Below, one piece after another: positions 44,913 to 54,116 of a stretch of 64,000 bases of DNA. Source of the stretch: Spirochaetaceae bacterium. Its GTDB lineage: Bacteria; Spirochaetota; Spirochaetia; DSM-27196; PWMO01. Both the position numbers and the translations under genes were made by a program. The notes under the pieces were generated by a model, which saw nothing but the letters and a program-made list of their open reading frames with translations, had not been told where the DNA came from and searched no databases. Positions within the stretch are counted from its first letter, which is position 1. Each line of letters starts with the position of its first letter. Location: contig REDW01000090.1 in assembly GCA_007693325.1 (NCBI GenBank), positions 32,504-96,503 on the forward strand. Reading direction: 5' to 3'.

Positions 44913-47450
44913 ATGGCGCAGTCGAAAGGCAAACGCGTGGCAGAGGCGCGTCATGTGTGGCCGCGCGAGGGACACGACCACGATTCGCTGGCGTGGGGGT
45001 TTGCCGAGCATCTCAAGTATTCGCTCGGTGTCGACAGCTACAGCTCAACCCAGCACGATCACTACCTTTCGCTGGCCTACACCATCCGCGACCGGCTGAT
45101 TCACCAGTGGATCCGCACCCAACAGACGCATCACATGCAGAAGGTGAAGCGAGCCTACTATCTTTCACTGGAGTTCCTGATCGGCCGTTCAATGGGCATG
45201 AACGCCATCAACCTGCGCCTCGACACGGCGCTGCAACAGGCGCTGGAGTCGCTCGGGTACTCGTGGGATGAGATTCGCGAAGAAGAGGTTGACGCCGGTC
45301 TGGGCAATGGCGGTCTGGGGCGGCTGGCGGCCTGTTTCATGGAGTCGTTGGCAACGCTCGATCTGCCCGCCTTCGGTTACGGACTGCGCTACGACTACGG
45401 CATCTTTCGCCAGGCTATCGACCACGGCTACCAGGTCGAACATCCCGATGACTGGCTGAGGCGTGGCAATCCGTGGGAAATAGAGCGGCCCGACCGCGCA
45501 CCGGAGGTTCACTTCGGTGGACGGGTAGAGCTGTTCAGCGAGCGCGGCCGGCTGCAGGCGCACTGGGTCGATACTGAAACGGTCATAGGGATCGCCTACG
45601 ACATGCCGGTTGTTGGTTACGGGGGATCGACTGTCAACACGCTGCGGCTGTGGAGCGCGCGCGCTCCCGAGGAGTTCGGTTTCAGCGATTTCAACCTGGG
45701 CGACTACATGCAGGCTGTGCGTTCGAAGGTAAACGCCGAGAATCTCACCAAGGTGCTCTATCCCAACGATCGACTCTACCTCGGCAAGGAGCTGCGCTTG
45801 CGTCAGCAGTACTTCTTTGTGGCGTGCTCGTTATGGGATATCCTGCGCCGCTTCAAGGCCGAGAATCTGCCGTGGGACAAGCTCCCCGAAATGGCGGCGG
45901 TACAGCTCAACGACACGCACCCGTCATTGGCGGTGCCCGAGCTCATGCGTGTCCTGCTCGATCAGGAAGGGCTGGAGTGGGACAGTGCGTGGGAGATTAC
46001 CGTTGCCACTCTGGCCTATACCAACCATACGTTGATGCCCGAGGCGCTCGAGAAATGGCCGGTTGCCATGCTCGAAGCGCTGCTGCCGCGGCATCTGCAG
46101 ATCATCTACGAAGTCAACCGGCGTTTCCTGATGCGCGCTGCGGTCTGTTTCCCCGGCGATATAGCCAGGCTTCAGAACGTCAGCGTGATCGAAGAGGGTG
46201 CCGAGAAGCAGGTGCGCATGGCCAACCTGGCGATAATCGGTTCTCACTCGACCAACGGTGTGGCAGAGCTGCACACCAGGCTGCTGCAGCAACGTGTGGT
46301 TGCCGATTTTGCGCTCATATTCCCCGAGCGTTTCAACAACAAGACCAACGGTATAACGCAGCGGCGCTGGCTGCTGAAGGCCAACCCGCGGTTGGCGCAG
46401 CTGATCAGCGAGGCAATCGGCGAAGGGTGGATCACCGATTTTGCCCAGATCGAAAAGCTGAAACCGTACGCCGGGGATGCGGCGTTTCTCGCGTCGTTTG
46501 GGCGGGTCAAGCAGCAGGCCAAGCTGGACCTTGCGCGGTATCTCGAGAGGCTGCACGGCTGGGAGCTCTCCAGCGCATCGCTTTTTGACGTGCAGATCAA
46601 ACGCATCCATCAGTACAAGCGCCAACTGCTCAACGCGCTCGGCATCGTTGTGCTTTACAACCGACTGCGCAACGGTGACGATGCGGCGGTCCCGCGCACG
46701 TTTCTCTTTGGCGGCAAAGCCGCGCCCGGGTACGATCTGGCAAAGCTGATGATCAAGTTTGTCAATAATCTGGGAGCGGTCATCAACAACGATCCGGTCA
46801 CGCGCGGCAGACTCAAGGTCTTCTTCCTGCCGAACTACCGGGTCTCGTTGGCTGAACGCATCTTTCCGGCTGCCGACATATCCGAGCAGATATCCACCGC
46901 CGGAACCGAGGCATCGGGTACCGGCAACATGAAGTTCATGTGCAACGGAGCGTTGACGCTCGGAACGCTCGACGGCGCCAATATCGAGATTGCAGAACAG
47001 GCCGGCCGAGAAAATGTCTTCATCTTCGGACTGACCGCCGATGAGGTTTCTGCACAACGCCAGTCGTACAATCCGTGGGAGTGCTACCAGCGCAATCCGG
47101 AAATCAGGCAGGCCATCGATCTGATCTCCAGCGGTTTCTTCAACGTCAACGAACCCGGGATATTCGATCCGCTGCTGCAGTCGCTGTTCCAGAACGGTGA
47201 CTTCTACATGAACCTTGCCGACCTGGGTCCCTGGGTCGAGGCTCAGGAAGCGGTATCGCGTCTCTACGCAGATCAGAACGCATGGAACCGCAAGGCCGTT
47301 CTCAACATTGCAGCCTCGGGTAAGTTCTCCTCGGACCGCACGATCCGGCAGTACGCCGAGGAGATCTGGCACGTGCAACCGTGCCGGGTTGAAACCGACG
47401 TGGATCCCGCGGCAACGCTGCAAGAGGCGCAGCGCAGCAACAACCGCTGA
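44913..47450 (+). CDS. glgP: glycogen/alpha-glucan phosphorylase
   Basis: Full-length GT35 pattern including the EASGTGNMKFMCNGA pyridoxal-phosphate site. GGAGGG RBS is present. Confidence 0.95.
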   Translation: MAQSKGKRVAEARHVWPREGHDHDSLAWGFAEHLKYSLGVDSYSSTQHDHYLSLAYTIRDRLIHQWIRTQQTHHMQKVKRAYYLSLEFLIGRSMGMNAINLRLDTALQQALESLGYSWDEIREEEVDAGLGNGGLGRLAACFMESLATLDLPAFGYGLRYDYGIFRQAIDHGYQVEHPDDWLRRGNPWEIERPDRAPEVHFGGRVELFSERGRLQAHWVDTETVIGIAYDMPVVGYGGSTVNTLRLWSARAPEEFGFSDFNLGDYMQAVRSKVNAENLTKVLYPNDRLYLGKELRLRQQYFFVACSLWDILRRFKAENLPWDKLPEMAAVQLNDTHPSLAVPELMRVLLDQEGLEWDSAWEITVATLAYTNHTLMPEALEKWPVAMLEALLPRHLQIIYEVNRRFLMRAAVCFPGDIARLQNVSVIEEGAEKQVRMANLAIIGSHSTNGVAELHTRLLQQRVVADFALIFPERFNNKTNGITQRRWLLKANPRLAQLISEAIGEGWITDFAQIEKLKPYAGDAAFLASFGRVKQQAKLDLARYLERLHGWELSSASLFDVQIKRIHQYKRQLLNALGIVVLYNRLRNGDDAAVPRTFLFGGKAAPGYDLAKLMIKFVNNLGAVINNDPVTRGRLKVFFLPNYRVSLAERIFPAADISEQISTAGTEASGTGNMKFMCNGALTLGTLDGANIEIAEQAGRENVFIFGLTADEVSAQRQSYNPWECYQRNPEIRQAIDLISSGFFNVNEPGIFDPLLQSLFQNGDFYMNLADLGPWVEAQEAVSRLYADQNAWNRKAVLNIAASGKFSSDRTIRQYAEEIWHVQPCRVETDVDPAATLQEAQRSNNR

Positions 47451-47464
47451 GCAGTGCCGGCGTC

Positions 47465-49267
47465 TTACATGACGCAGTTCTTGCAGTTCTGTTTAGCCCG
47501 GTAGAGCGCCTGGTCTGCCGCCGAGAGCAGCGAATCGCTTGATCCGTCGCGGTGCGGGATTGCGGTTGCCACGCCAAAGCTTGCGGTCATGACGTTGATG
47601 AGCCCGCTGTAGCGGTGCTCGATGCACAGCGATTCAATGGCGCCACGCATGGTCTCGGCGATCTTAAGGGCACCCTCATCGGTTGTTGACGGCAGAATCA
47701 CGGCAAACTCTTCGCCGCCGTAGCGCGCCACAAAGTCCGAGGAACGGTTGAGCGTGTTGTGCAGCGTGTGCGCTACCTGCGTCAGCGCCTTGTCTCCCAG
47801 AAGGTGACCGTAGTTGTCGTTGTAGGCCTTGAACTCATCGATATCGGCCATAATGACCGACAGCGGCTGGCTGTGGCGTTGCGCGCGCGTCCACTCCTTG
47901 GACAGCGTAAGGTCAAAATGACGCCGGTTGCTGATTCCGGTCAGCGAGTCGCGAAAGGTCAGGCTTTCCAGGCGGTTGCGCTCGGCCAGCAGCTCCTCGA
48001 TGCGGCGTACGTTAGCGGTAAAACGAGTAGCCAGCGCCAGGCTCTGGAAGAACAGGAAGACGAGCAGCCCGACATCGGTGTAGTACCCGGTTCGTACTAC
48101 ACCGAGGTTGTACAGCACATCGTTGACCACCGTGACCCACAGCAGCGCCATGCCGGCAGCGTAGATTGTCGCACCGGCACGGCCGGCGCGCATTGCCCTG
48201 AATGCAACGTAGACCAGGTAGGCGCTGCCGAGAACAGCCATCACGTGGAAGCCGTAGAGCGTAGCGGTGAAGATACGTGCGGGGGTGACCAGCGTCAGCG
48301 CTCCGAACGACATGCCAAGAATCTGTATTGCGCGCAATACCGGCTGGTGCATTTCCTGCGGAAAGAGGGCAGCGGTATAGAGAAAGAACAGCGTGAAACC
48401 GACGTACATAGTGAAGTACTCGAGCGTCATCAGCAGTTCCCACATTGCCAGGCTCTCCGCTTCGACTAGCGCCGGCTGTCCGGTCAGCGTGGCACGCAGC
48501 GCCATCAGGATCGACACCAGTCCAAACCAAAGCGTGGAACGCTCACGCGTGCGCACCGTTATCAGGCCCAGATGATAGATGCCCATTACCAGCAGAGCGC
48601 CAAACACAAACCAGTTGAAGTTGCGCCGCGCCTGGATGGCGGAAAGCAGATTTGGCCGGCGCGAGATCAGCAGCTCGTCGCGGATTCCACCGCGTGCGTG
48701 GTGGAAATTGGCAACCTGCACCAGTAGCGTTAACTCTTCGCTTTGTGGCAAAAGCCGGTGAGTGGTGGTGATCCACGCGGGAACAGTGGTTTGCGGCGAG
48801 GTTCCCACCTCTCCCCCGCGCAGAACCAGCGCTTCACCGGCGTAGACGCGAAAGGCGGTGGATATCTCGTTGACGCGCAGATAGTGCGGCTCGAGCGGCT
48901 TGTCCAGCAGCAGGTCAAGCCGATAGGTCCCGAATCCGTGGGCCCCAAACGGATGCTCTGCTACAAGTTGATGGTTCCACAGCGCCGGCACTTCGATAGG
49001 AACCGGCGGCGGTAGCGTATCGAGCTGATCCGGGCCTACCAGCTCCCGTGGATAGAACAGCCACTCTCCGTCAAGGGGTAGCGGACGGCTCAAATTTGCG
49101 CCGCGCAGATCGAGTCTACCGCCGCGTGCGCGTGGTCCTGTGTAGCTGTGCGGGGCAAACAGGCGCGCCGTATCGGCATCAACGCAGGCTGCCAGAATCA
49201 CCAGAATCAACAGCAGAGCACAGCAGATAGCAATAGTACGCCCGGTGGTAGCCTTCACTGTAGTCAT
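47465..49267 (-). CDS. diguanylate cyclase with 7TMR-DISM extracellular and 7TM sensor domains
   Basis: N-terminal 7TMR-DISMED2-like region (LDGEWLFYP, GFGTYRL) and seven helices. GGDEF domain with active-site GGEEF and I-site RSSD five residues upstream. Confidence 0.9.
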   Translation of the reverse strand: MTTVKATTGRTIAICCALLLILVILAACVDADTARLFAPHSYTGPRARGGRLDLRGANLSRPLPLDGEWLFYPRELVGPDQLDTLPPPVPIEVPALWNHQLVAEHPFGAHGFGTYRLDLLLDKPLEPHYLRVNEISTAFRVYAGEALVLRGGEVGTSPQTTVPAWITTTHRLLPQSEELTLLVQVANFHHARGGIRDELLISRRPNLLSAIQARRNFNWFVFGALLVMGIYHLGLITVRTRERSTLWFGLVSILMALRATLTGQPALVEAESLAMWELLMTLEYFTMYVGFTLFFLYTAALFPQEMHQPVLRAIQILGMSFGALTLVTPARIFTATLYGFHVMAVLGSAYLVYVAFRAMRAGRAGATIYAAGMALLWVTVVNDVLYNLGVVRTGYYTDVGLLVFLFFQSLALATRFTANVRRIEELLAERNRLESLTFRDSLTGISNRRHFDLTLSKEWTRAQRHSQPLSVIMADIDEFKAYNDNYGHLLGDKALTQVAHTLHNTLNRSSDFVARYGGEEFAVILPSTTDEGALKIAETMRGAIESLCIEHRYSGLINVMTASFGVATAIPHRDGSSDSLLSAADQALYRAKQNCKNCVM

Positions 49268-49311
49268 TTATAATGGAACTTGTTAATAATCGCCATAGTA
49301 GCATAGCAACC

Positions 49312-49340
49312 TTTGCGTTTGGGAGCAACGCATGTATAAT
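49312..49340 (+). promoter_or_regulatory. sigma70-like promoter TTTGCG-N17-TATAAT for the small OMP gene
   Basis: A perfect -10 hexamer lies 20 nt upstream of the start codon region. Confidence 0.4.
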
Positions 49341-49359
49341 GCAGTTTAAGGGATAGACT

Positions 49360-49827
49360 ATGCGTTCAATGAAGGTAGTGTGTGCTGCCGCGCTGATCTT
49401 GTCTTGTGCGGTGGTGCAGGCAGCGGACAGTTTCAGTCTGGGGGTTATTCTCGGCCATCCCACCGGCGTCAGCGCCAAGCTCTGGCTTGGTCCGACCAGC
49501 GCCATTGATGCCGCACTGGCGTGGAACTTCCAGGCGGATCGGCTGCATTTCCACGCTGACTATCTGCGTCACTTCTTCGATGTCTTTGACGTGGCGCCGG
49601 ACCGCCTGCCGCTCTACGCTGGCATCGGAGCCGATTTGCGGCTTCGTGCCGATGGCCCCGGAGCGTCCGGCGGGCTGCGTTCGGGCGTGCGTGTGCCGCT
49701 GGGCATCAGCTTTCTCTCGGCAGAGGTTCCGCTTGATCTCTTTGCCGAGGTGGTGCCGGCGATGCGTCTCTACCCGGCTACCACCTTTGATATCTGGTGG
49801 GGCCTCGGCGCTCGCTACCGATTCTGA
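49360..49827 (+). CDS. small outer-membrane beta-barrel-like protein
   Basis: Signal peptide (CAVVQA), alternating hydrophobic pattern, and a C-terminal aromatic residue (..GARYRF). A TATAAT promoter and AAGGGA RBS lie upstream. Confidence 0.55.
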   Translation: MRSMKVVCAAALILSCAVVQAADSFSLGVILGHPTGVSAKLWLGPTSAIDAALAWNFQADRLHFHADYLRHFFDVFDVAPDRLPLYAGIGADLRLRADGPGASGGLRSGVRVPLGISFLSAEVPLDLFAEVVPAMRLYPATTFDIWWGLGARYRF

Positions 49828-49846
49828 GAAGGTCCTGTGTAGAACG

Positions 49847-49866
49847 CGGCTGCTCGCGCAGCCGTT
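49847..49866. terminator. short hairpin CGGCTGC-tcgc-GCAGCCG + TT between convergent OMP and helicase genes
   Basis: 7-bp stem and a weak T-tract. Confidence 0.3.
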
Positions 49867-49876
49867 GCAGCGAGGT

Positions 49877-51319
49877 CTACGCGCGCGGCCGGCGGCTGTC
49901 TGGGCGCTTGCCGCCGGCGGGTCCACGCCCGTTGGCGCGCCTGCTGCCGGCATTGCGGCCATTGCCGCCGCTCCTGCTTTGTCCGTTGTCGCGGCCGGCT
50001 GCGCGCGGCGCCACCCTGGGAACCTCGAAATGGAATTCGTGGTCCCGGTCAACCCGTACGGACATCTTCATCAGCTGTTCGATAGCGCGCAGTGAACGGA
50101 CCTCATCGCGCGAGCAGAACGAGACCGCCGATCCGTCGGCGCCCGCACGGCCGGTGCGGCCGATGCGGTGCACGTACGTCTCGGCTTCAGCCTCACCGGG
50201 GAGCTCAAAGTTTATCACGTGCGATATCGAATCCACGTCGATTCCGCGCGCCGCCACATCGGTGGCAACAAGCACCTGGATCTTTCCTTTCTTGAAGGCA
50301 TCGAGCGCGCGGGTGCGCGCGCTCTGGGTCTTGTCGCCGTGGATGGCGTCGCTGTCGATGTTCTGTTTATTCAACGCCTTGGCCACACGCGTGGCGCGGT
50401 GCTTGGTGCGCGTAAAAACAATCGCCCTGTGCATATGCTGGCGCTCGATCATATCGACCAGCAGCGTCAGTTTGTCGGCCTGGTCAACAAACATCACCGA
50501 GTGGTCGATAGCCTCTACGCGCATGCTGCCGTGTTCACACTCGATGCGTACCGGATCCTTGAGAATTCCGGCAGCAAGGTCTGCAATTTCGCGTGGCATG
50601 GTTGCGGAGAACATCGTGGTCTGGCGTCTCTGCGCGGTCATCGCCACAATGCGTCGAACATCGGGAATGAATCCCATATCGAGCATGCGGTCGGCTTCGT
50701 CCAGCACCAGGTAGCGCACGTCTTCCAGCGTCACCGCTTTCTCGTTGATGAAGTCGAGCAGTCTGCCGGGTGTGGCAACCAGCACCTCGGGCTGCTGCGC
50801 CAGTTCGCGAGCCTGGGTGTTCTTGGAGGCGCCGCCGTATACTACGGTATGTCGCACTTTGAGCCGCGCACCATAGGCACTCACGCTCTGAGAGATCTGC
50901 ATCGCCAGCTCCCGGGTGGGTGCCAGGATCAGCGCGGCAGGGCGCGCGGCCTCGGCCCTACGGCGCGGCAGGCCCGCCATGTGATCGGTCGGGATTCGCC
51001 CGCGGCTGTTTGCGGCGTTGCTGCGGCTGTTGCGACGGCCGCCGGTGCCGCGTTGTGGCGCTGCGGCAGGTTCTTCAAACGTACGCTCGAGCTGCCTTGC
51101 TACCGACAGGCTTTGCAGGATCGGCAGTACAAATGCAGCGGTTTTGCCGCCGCCGGTCTGGGCGGTGCCGAGAAGGTCGTGGCCTGCAAGCAGCACCGGT
51201 ATGGCTCGCGCCTGGATCTCGGTTGGAGTGTGGTAGCCCTCGGACTTGAGTGCGTTGAGGATCGGGGTGATCAATTCCAGTTCGGAAAAGGTTACATCAG
51301 AGGTTACAGTATCAGACAT
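49877..51319 (-). CDS. DEAD-box ATP-dependent RNA helicase (RhlE-like)
   Basis: Q motif region, AQTGGGKT, PTRELA, DEAD, SAT and HRIGRTGRAG motifs, plus an R/G-rich C-terminal tail. Confidence 0.9.
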   Translation of the reverse strand: MSDTVTSDVTFSELELITPILNALKSEGYHTPTEIQARAIPVLLAGHDLLGTAQTGGGKTAAFVLPILQSLSVARQLERTFEEPAAAPQRGTGGRRNSRSNAANSRGRIPTDHMAGLPRRRAEAARPAALILAPTRELAMQISQSVSAYGARLKVRHTVVYGGASKNTQARELAQQPEVLVATPGRLLDFINEKAVTLEDVRYLVLDEADRMLDMGFIPDVRRIVAMTAQRRQTTMFSATMPREIADLAAGILKDPVRIECEHGSMRVEAIDHSVMFVDQADKLTLLVDMIERQHMHRAIVFTRTKHRATRVAKALNKQNIDSDAIHGDKTQSARTRALDAFKKGKIQVLVATDVAARGIDVDSISHVINFELPGEAEAETYVHRIGRTGRAGADGSAVSFCSRDEVRSLRAIEQLMKMSVRVDRDHEFHFEVPRVAPRAAGRDNGQSRSGGNGRNAGSRRANGRGPAGGKRPDSRRPRA

Positions 51320-51542
51320 GCGAGTCCTTTTGGGGTGCAGTTCGGCTCTCGCGGAAGTGCACGGGTTATGGTTTGCAAATGGATATCATTCAGAAGCGCT
51401 GAAGCACCGGAGGTGTAATTCGGCGGGATTCCGTGATTTCACGGTTCGCTAAACAAACTATTGCACATACGCCGGCATTGCGTCAAGCCTCAGTGATATG
51501 CTCGTGATAGACTCTGACAGATGCACAAGGAGCGCATCGTGA

Positions 51543-52022
51543 TCACCGCCGGGCCCCGGCGCTGCCCTGGTAACGGATCACATCGCGGATTGCCGCGATC
51601 CGCTTGAGCCCGGCAATGTCGGATTCTGAAGCCCGCTCGGGGCGGTCACGGTCACAGTTGACCAGGCAGAGGAAGCCGAGGTATGAATCGGCGTCGGCGT
51701 AGAACTGGTGCCAGGTATCCGCAGGAACGTAGACCGTGTCGAACGCCTTGATGCGGCGTACGTGGTCACCCAGCATCACCGACCCCGATCCGCGCAGCAC
51801 CAGCACCGCGTGAACGTGGTGGTGGCGCTCCAGCGCCGAGTGTCCGCCGGGTTCTGATTCAAAGTAGCGCAGTTCGGACGGCAGGTTCTCGTCGGCCTCA
51901 AACAGGATCTGCTTGGACATGCCGCGCGACTGGCTCTCGGCGGCGTTGTAGGTCTTGGTCTCCACGCCGCTCCAGCGGTACGCCTCACCCTGCTTCACAA
52001 AATTGCGAATTGCATCTTCCAT
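51543..52022 (-). CDS. cupin domain protein
   Basis: Cupin motifs (GGHSALERHHHVH ... VYVPADTWHQF). The start abuts the transketolase subunit stop. Confidence 0.7.
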   Translation of the reverse strand: MEDAIRNFVKQGEAYRWSGVETKTYNAAESQSRGMSKQILFEADENLPSELRYFESEPGGHSALERHHHVHAVLVLRGSGSVMLGDHVRRIKAFDTVYVPADTWHQFYADADSYLGFLCLVNCDRDRPERASESDIAGLKRIAAIRDVIRYQGSAGARR

Positions 52023-53030
52023 TTACAAAGCCTCCAGTTGCATCTCGCCGCTGAACTGCGAGAGTCGTACTCCGGCAAGATCTTCCTCGTTGATATTGAA
52101 GCGTTGGTCCAGAACGCGCTCGGTTGCGTGCACCAGGCTGATGGCGTCCAGGCCGTACTCCTTCATAAGGTACTCCCTCGATGCGCCGTGGGCGTAGGTG
52201 TCGCGCAGGCCAAGGCGCGTCAGCGGGATTCCGATGCCGTGCTCGGCCATCATTTCGGCAACCTCGGTTCCCAGTCCTCCCACGGTGGTGTGGTTCTCCA
52301 TTGTGATGACGCCGCGTTTGACACAGGCCAGCTGCTGCGCCAGCGCGGGATCATCAAAGGGCTTGTGCGTGGTGACGTGGATGTGGCTTATCGAGACGCC
52401 CTTTGCGCCGAGCAGCGCAGTGGCGCGCAGCGCCTCCTCGGTGCAGATGCCCGCGCTCACCAAGGCGATGTCCGTGCCGCGGCTGAGGATGCGCGATCGG
52501 CCCAGCTGCATCGGCTCGGCGGCGGGGAAGAGCCGCGGGATATCCTTGCGTACCATCCGCACGTAGACCGGTCCGTCGACCGCCTGCGCTACGTCGAGTA
52601 CCGACTCAACATCGGTGGCGTCGCCGGTCTCCAGGATGGTCATGTTGGGCAGCGTGCGCAGCACGCCGACGTCGTTGATCGCCTGGTGGCTCACACCGCC
52701 GGGTGTCAGTATCCCCGGCAGGAAGCCGAACATGCGTACGCGCAGGTTGGGGTAGGCAATCGACATCTCGATCTGGTCCAGCGCGCGGCGGTACATGAAG
52801 ACCGCAAAGGTGTGCACAAAGGGCGTGTAGCCGTCGCGCGCCATTCCGCCGGCAAAGCTCATCATGTTCTGCTCGGCCATGCCGAGCGAGAAGAAGCGAT
52901 CGGGGTAGTGCTTCTTGAACAGCCCAATTTCGGTTGAGCCGGTGAGGTCGCCGGAGAATACCACTACTTCTGGCCGGTCTTTGGCCCACGCTACCAGGTT
53001 CTTCTCGTGTACTTGCGTCAGGACTTCCAT
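52023..53030 (-). CDS. transketolase family protein, C-terminal (pyrimidine-binding) subunit
   Basis: Split-transketolase B-subunit pattern (GMAEQNMMSFAGGMA, HQAINDV). Confidence 0.9.
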   Translation of the reverse strand: MEVLTQVHEKNLVAWAKDRPEVVVFSGDLTGSTEIGLFKKHYPDRFFSLGMAEQNMMSFAGGMARDGYTPFVHTFAVFMYRRALDQIEMSIAYPNLRVRMFGFLPGILTPGGVSHQAINDVGVLRTLPNMTILETGDATDVESVLDVAQAVDGPVYVRMVRKDIPRLFPAAEPMQLGRSRILSRGTDIALVSAGICTEEALRATALLGAKGVSISHIHVTTHKPFDDPALAQQLACVKRGVITMENHTTVGGLGTEVAEMMAEHGIGIPLTRLGLRDTYAHGASREYLMKEYGLDAISLVHATERVLDQRFNINEEDLAGVRLSQFSGEMQLEAL

Positions 53031-53032
53031 GG

Positions 53033-53944
53033 CTACATCTCCCTCAGGTAGTCGCGGTAGCGGTTGATCTCAGCCTCGCTCTTGAAGCGCACGTAGTGAA
53101 GATTGGGCTTGCGCTCTTCCAGCAATTCCACGCCGCAGGCGGTGTTGGTGTAGCATAGAATCACCAGCGGTGTGCCGGCGTGCCGGGTGCGCGCGGCACG
53201 CTCGAGCGCTTCGATGTCGTGGCCGTCAACGGTCACCACCGTAGCGCCAAACGCGGTGAAGCGGTCAGCCAGCGGCTCGATGTTCATCACCTCGCTGGTA
53301 AGGCCGTCAACCTGCTGTCCGTTGACGTCGATGTAGACGCCGACGTTGTCCAGCTTGTGATGCGCCAGCGCCTGCACCGCTTCCCAGGTTTGGCCTTCCT
53401 CGCACTCGCCGTCGGACATGAAGACCCAAACCTTGCCGCTTTCCTGCTTGAGGCGTCGCGCCAGTGCCACGCCGCCGGCCTGGCTGAGCGCCTGGCCGAA
53501 TGAACCGGTAGTCAGCTCCATGCCGGGAGAGTGCTCGGCGCCGATCATCTCAACCGAGCTGCCGTCGGCGTTGAAATCAGCCAGTGCCTCAGGTGCTAAT
53601 CGCCCGGTTTCTACCAGCGCGGCGTAGACCGCTACGGCGTAGTGAGCCGCGGACAGCAGCAACCGGTCGTACTGCGGTGCGCGCGGGCCGTTGTAGTCCG
53701 CGCCCAGGTGGTGCAGCCCCGGCCGCGGAACACCGGCAAACGGTGGCGGTTTCAGTGGTGCCCGGCTCGGGCCGATGTTGAGAACTTTGGTGTAGAGTAC
53801 CGCCAGAATGTCGGCTGACGAGAGCGCCTGGCTCAGGTAGCAGCCGTTCTTCTCTATGGTAAGCTGCAGCGCACGGCGGCGAATTCCGCGCGCTACGCGT
53901 GTGGCGCGGTCGACCCAGGCTTCAGTCTGTGTTGATGATGACAT
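53033..53944 (-). CDS. transketolase, N-terminal (thiamine-diphosphate-binding) subunit
   Basis: TPP motif region (SDGECEEGQTWEA). AAGGGG RBS lies upstream of the ATG at 53944. The longer track ORF adds 48 non-homologous codons. Confidence 0.85.
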   Translation of the reverse strand: MSSSTQTEAWVDRATRVARGIRRRALQLTIEKNGCYLSQALSSADILAVLYTKVLNIGPSRAPLKPPPFAGVPRPGLHHLGADYNGPRAPQYDRLLLSAAHYAVAVYAALVETGRLAPEALADFNADGSSVEMIGAEHSPGMELTTGSFGQALSQAGGVALARRLKQESGKVWVFMSDGECEEGQTWEAVQALAHHKLDNVGVYIDVNGQQVDGLTSEVMNIEPLADRFTAFGATVVTVDGHDIEALERAARTRHAGTPLVILCYTNTACGVELLEERKPNLHYVRFKSEAEINRYRDYLREM

Positions 53945-54081
53945 GCCTTTACCCCTTCTGTGCCGGCTTGTGCAGGCGGCGCATCGTGTCAGCGATCGGT
54001 TGTAAGCTACTACGGTGCCTGCACCTTGGTCAACGTAGTTCGCGCGTAAAATGGCAAAAACATGCAGATATCGGCACAATA

Positions 54082-54110
54082 TTGACATTGGCGTTGATGC
54101 GGTGTAGGCT
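54082..54110 (+). promoter_or_regulatory. sigma70-like promoter TTGACA-N17-TAGGCT; predicts a leaderless DeoR mRNA
   Basis: The -10 ends 6 nt before the ATG at 54117, and no Shine-Dalgarno sequence is present. Confidence 0.45.
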
Positions 54111-54116
54111 CACTCG

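Noticed and set aside
49366-50095. Two mutually overlapping 228-229-aa ORFs spanning the OMP/helicase junction
   Set aside because: Both cross a convergent intergenic hairpin and overlap the RBS- and promoter-supported small OMP gene and the helicase 3' end. Their translations are A/R/P/G-rich with no recognisable motifs.
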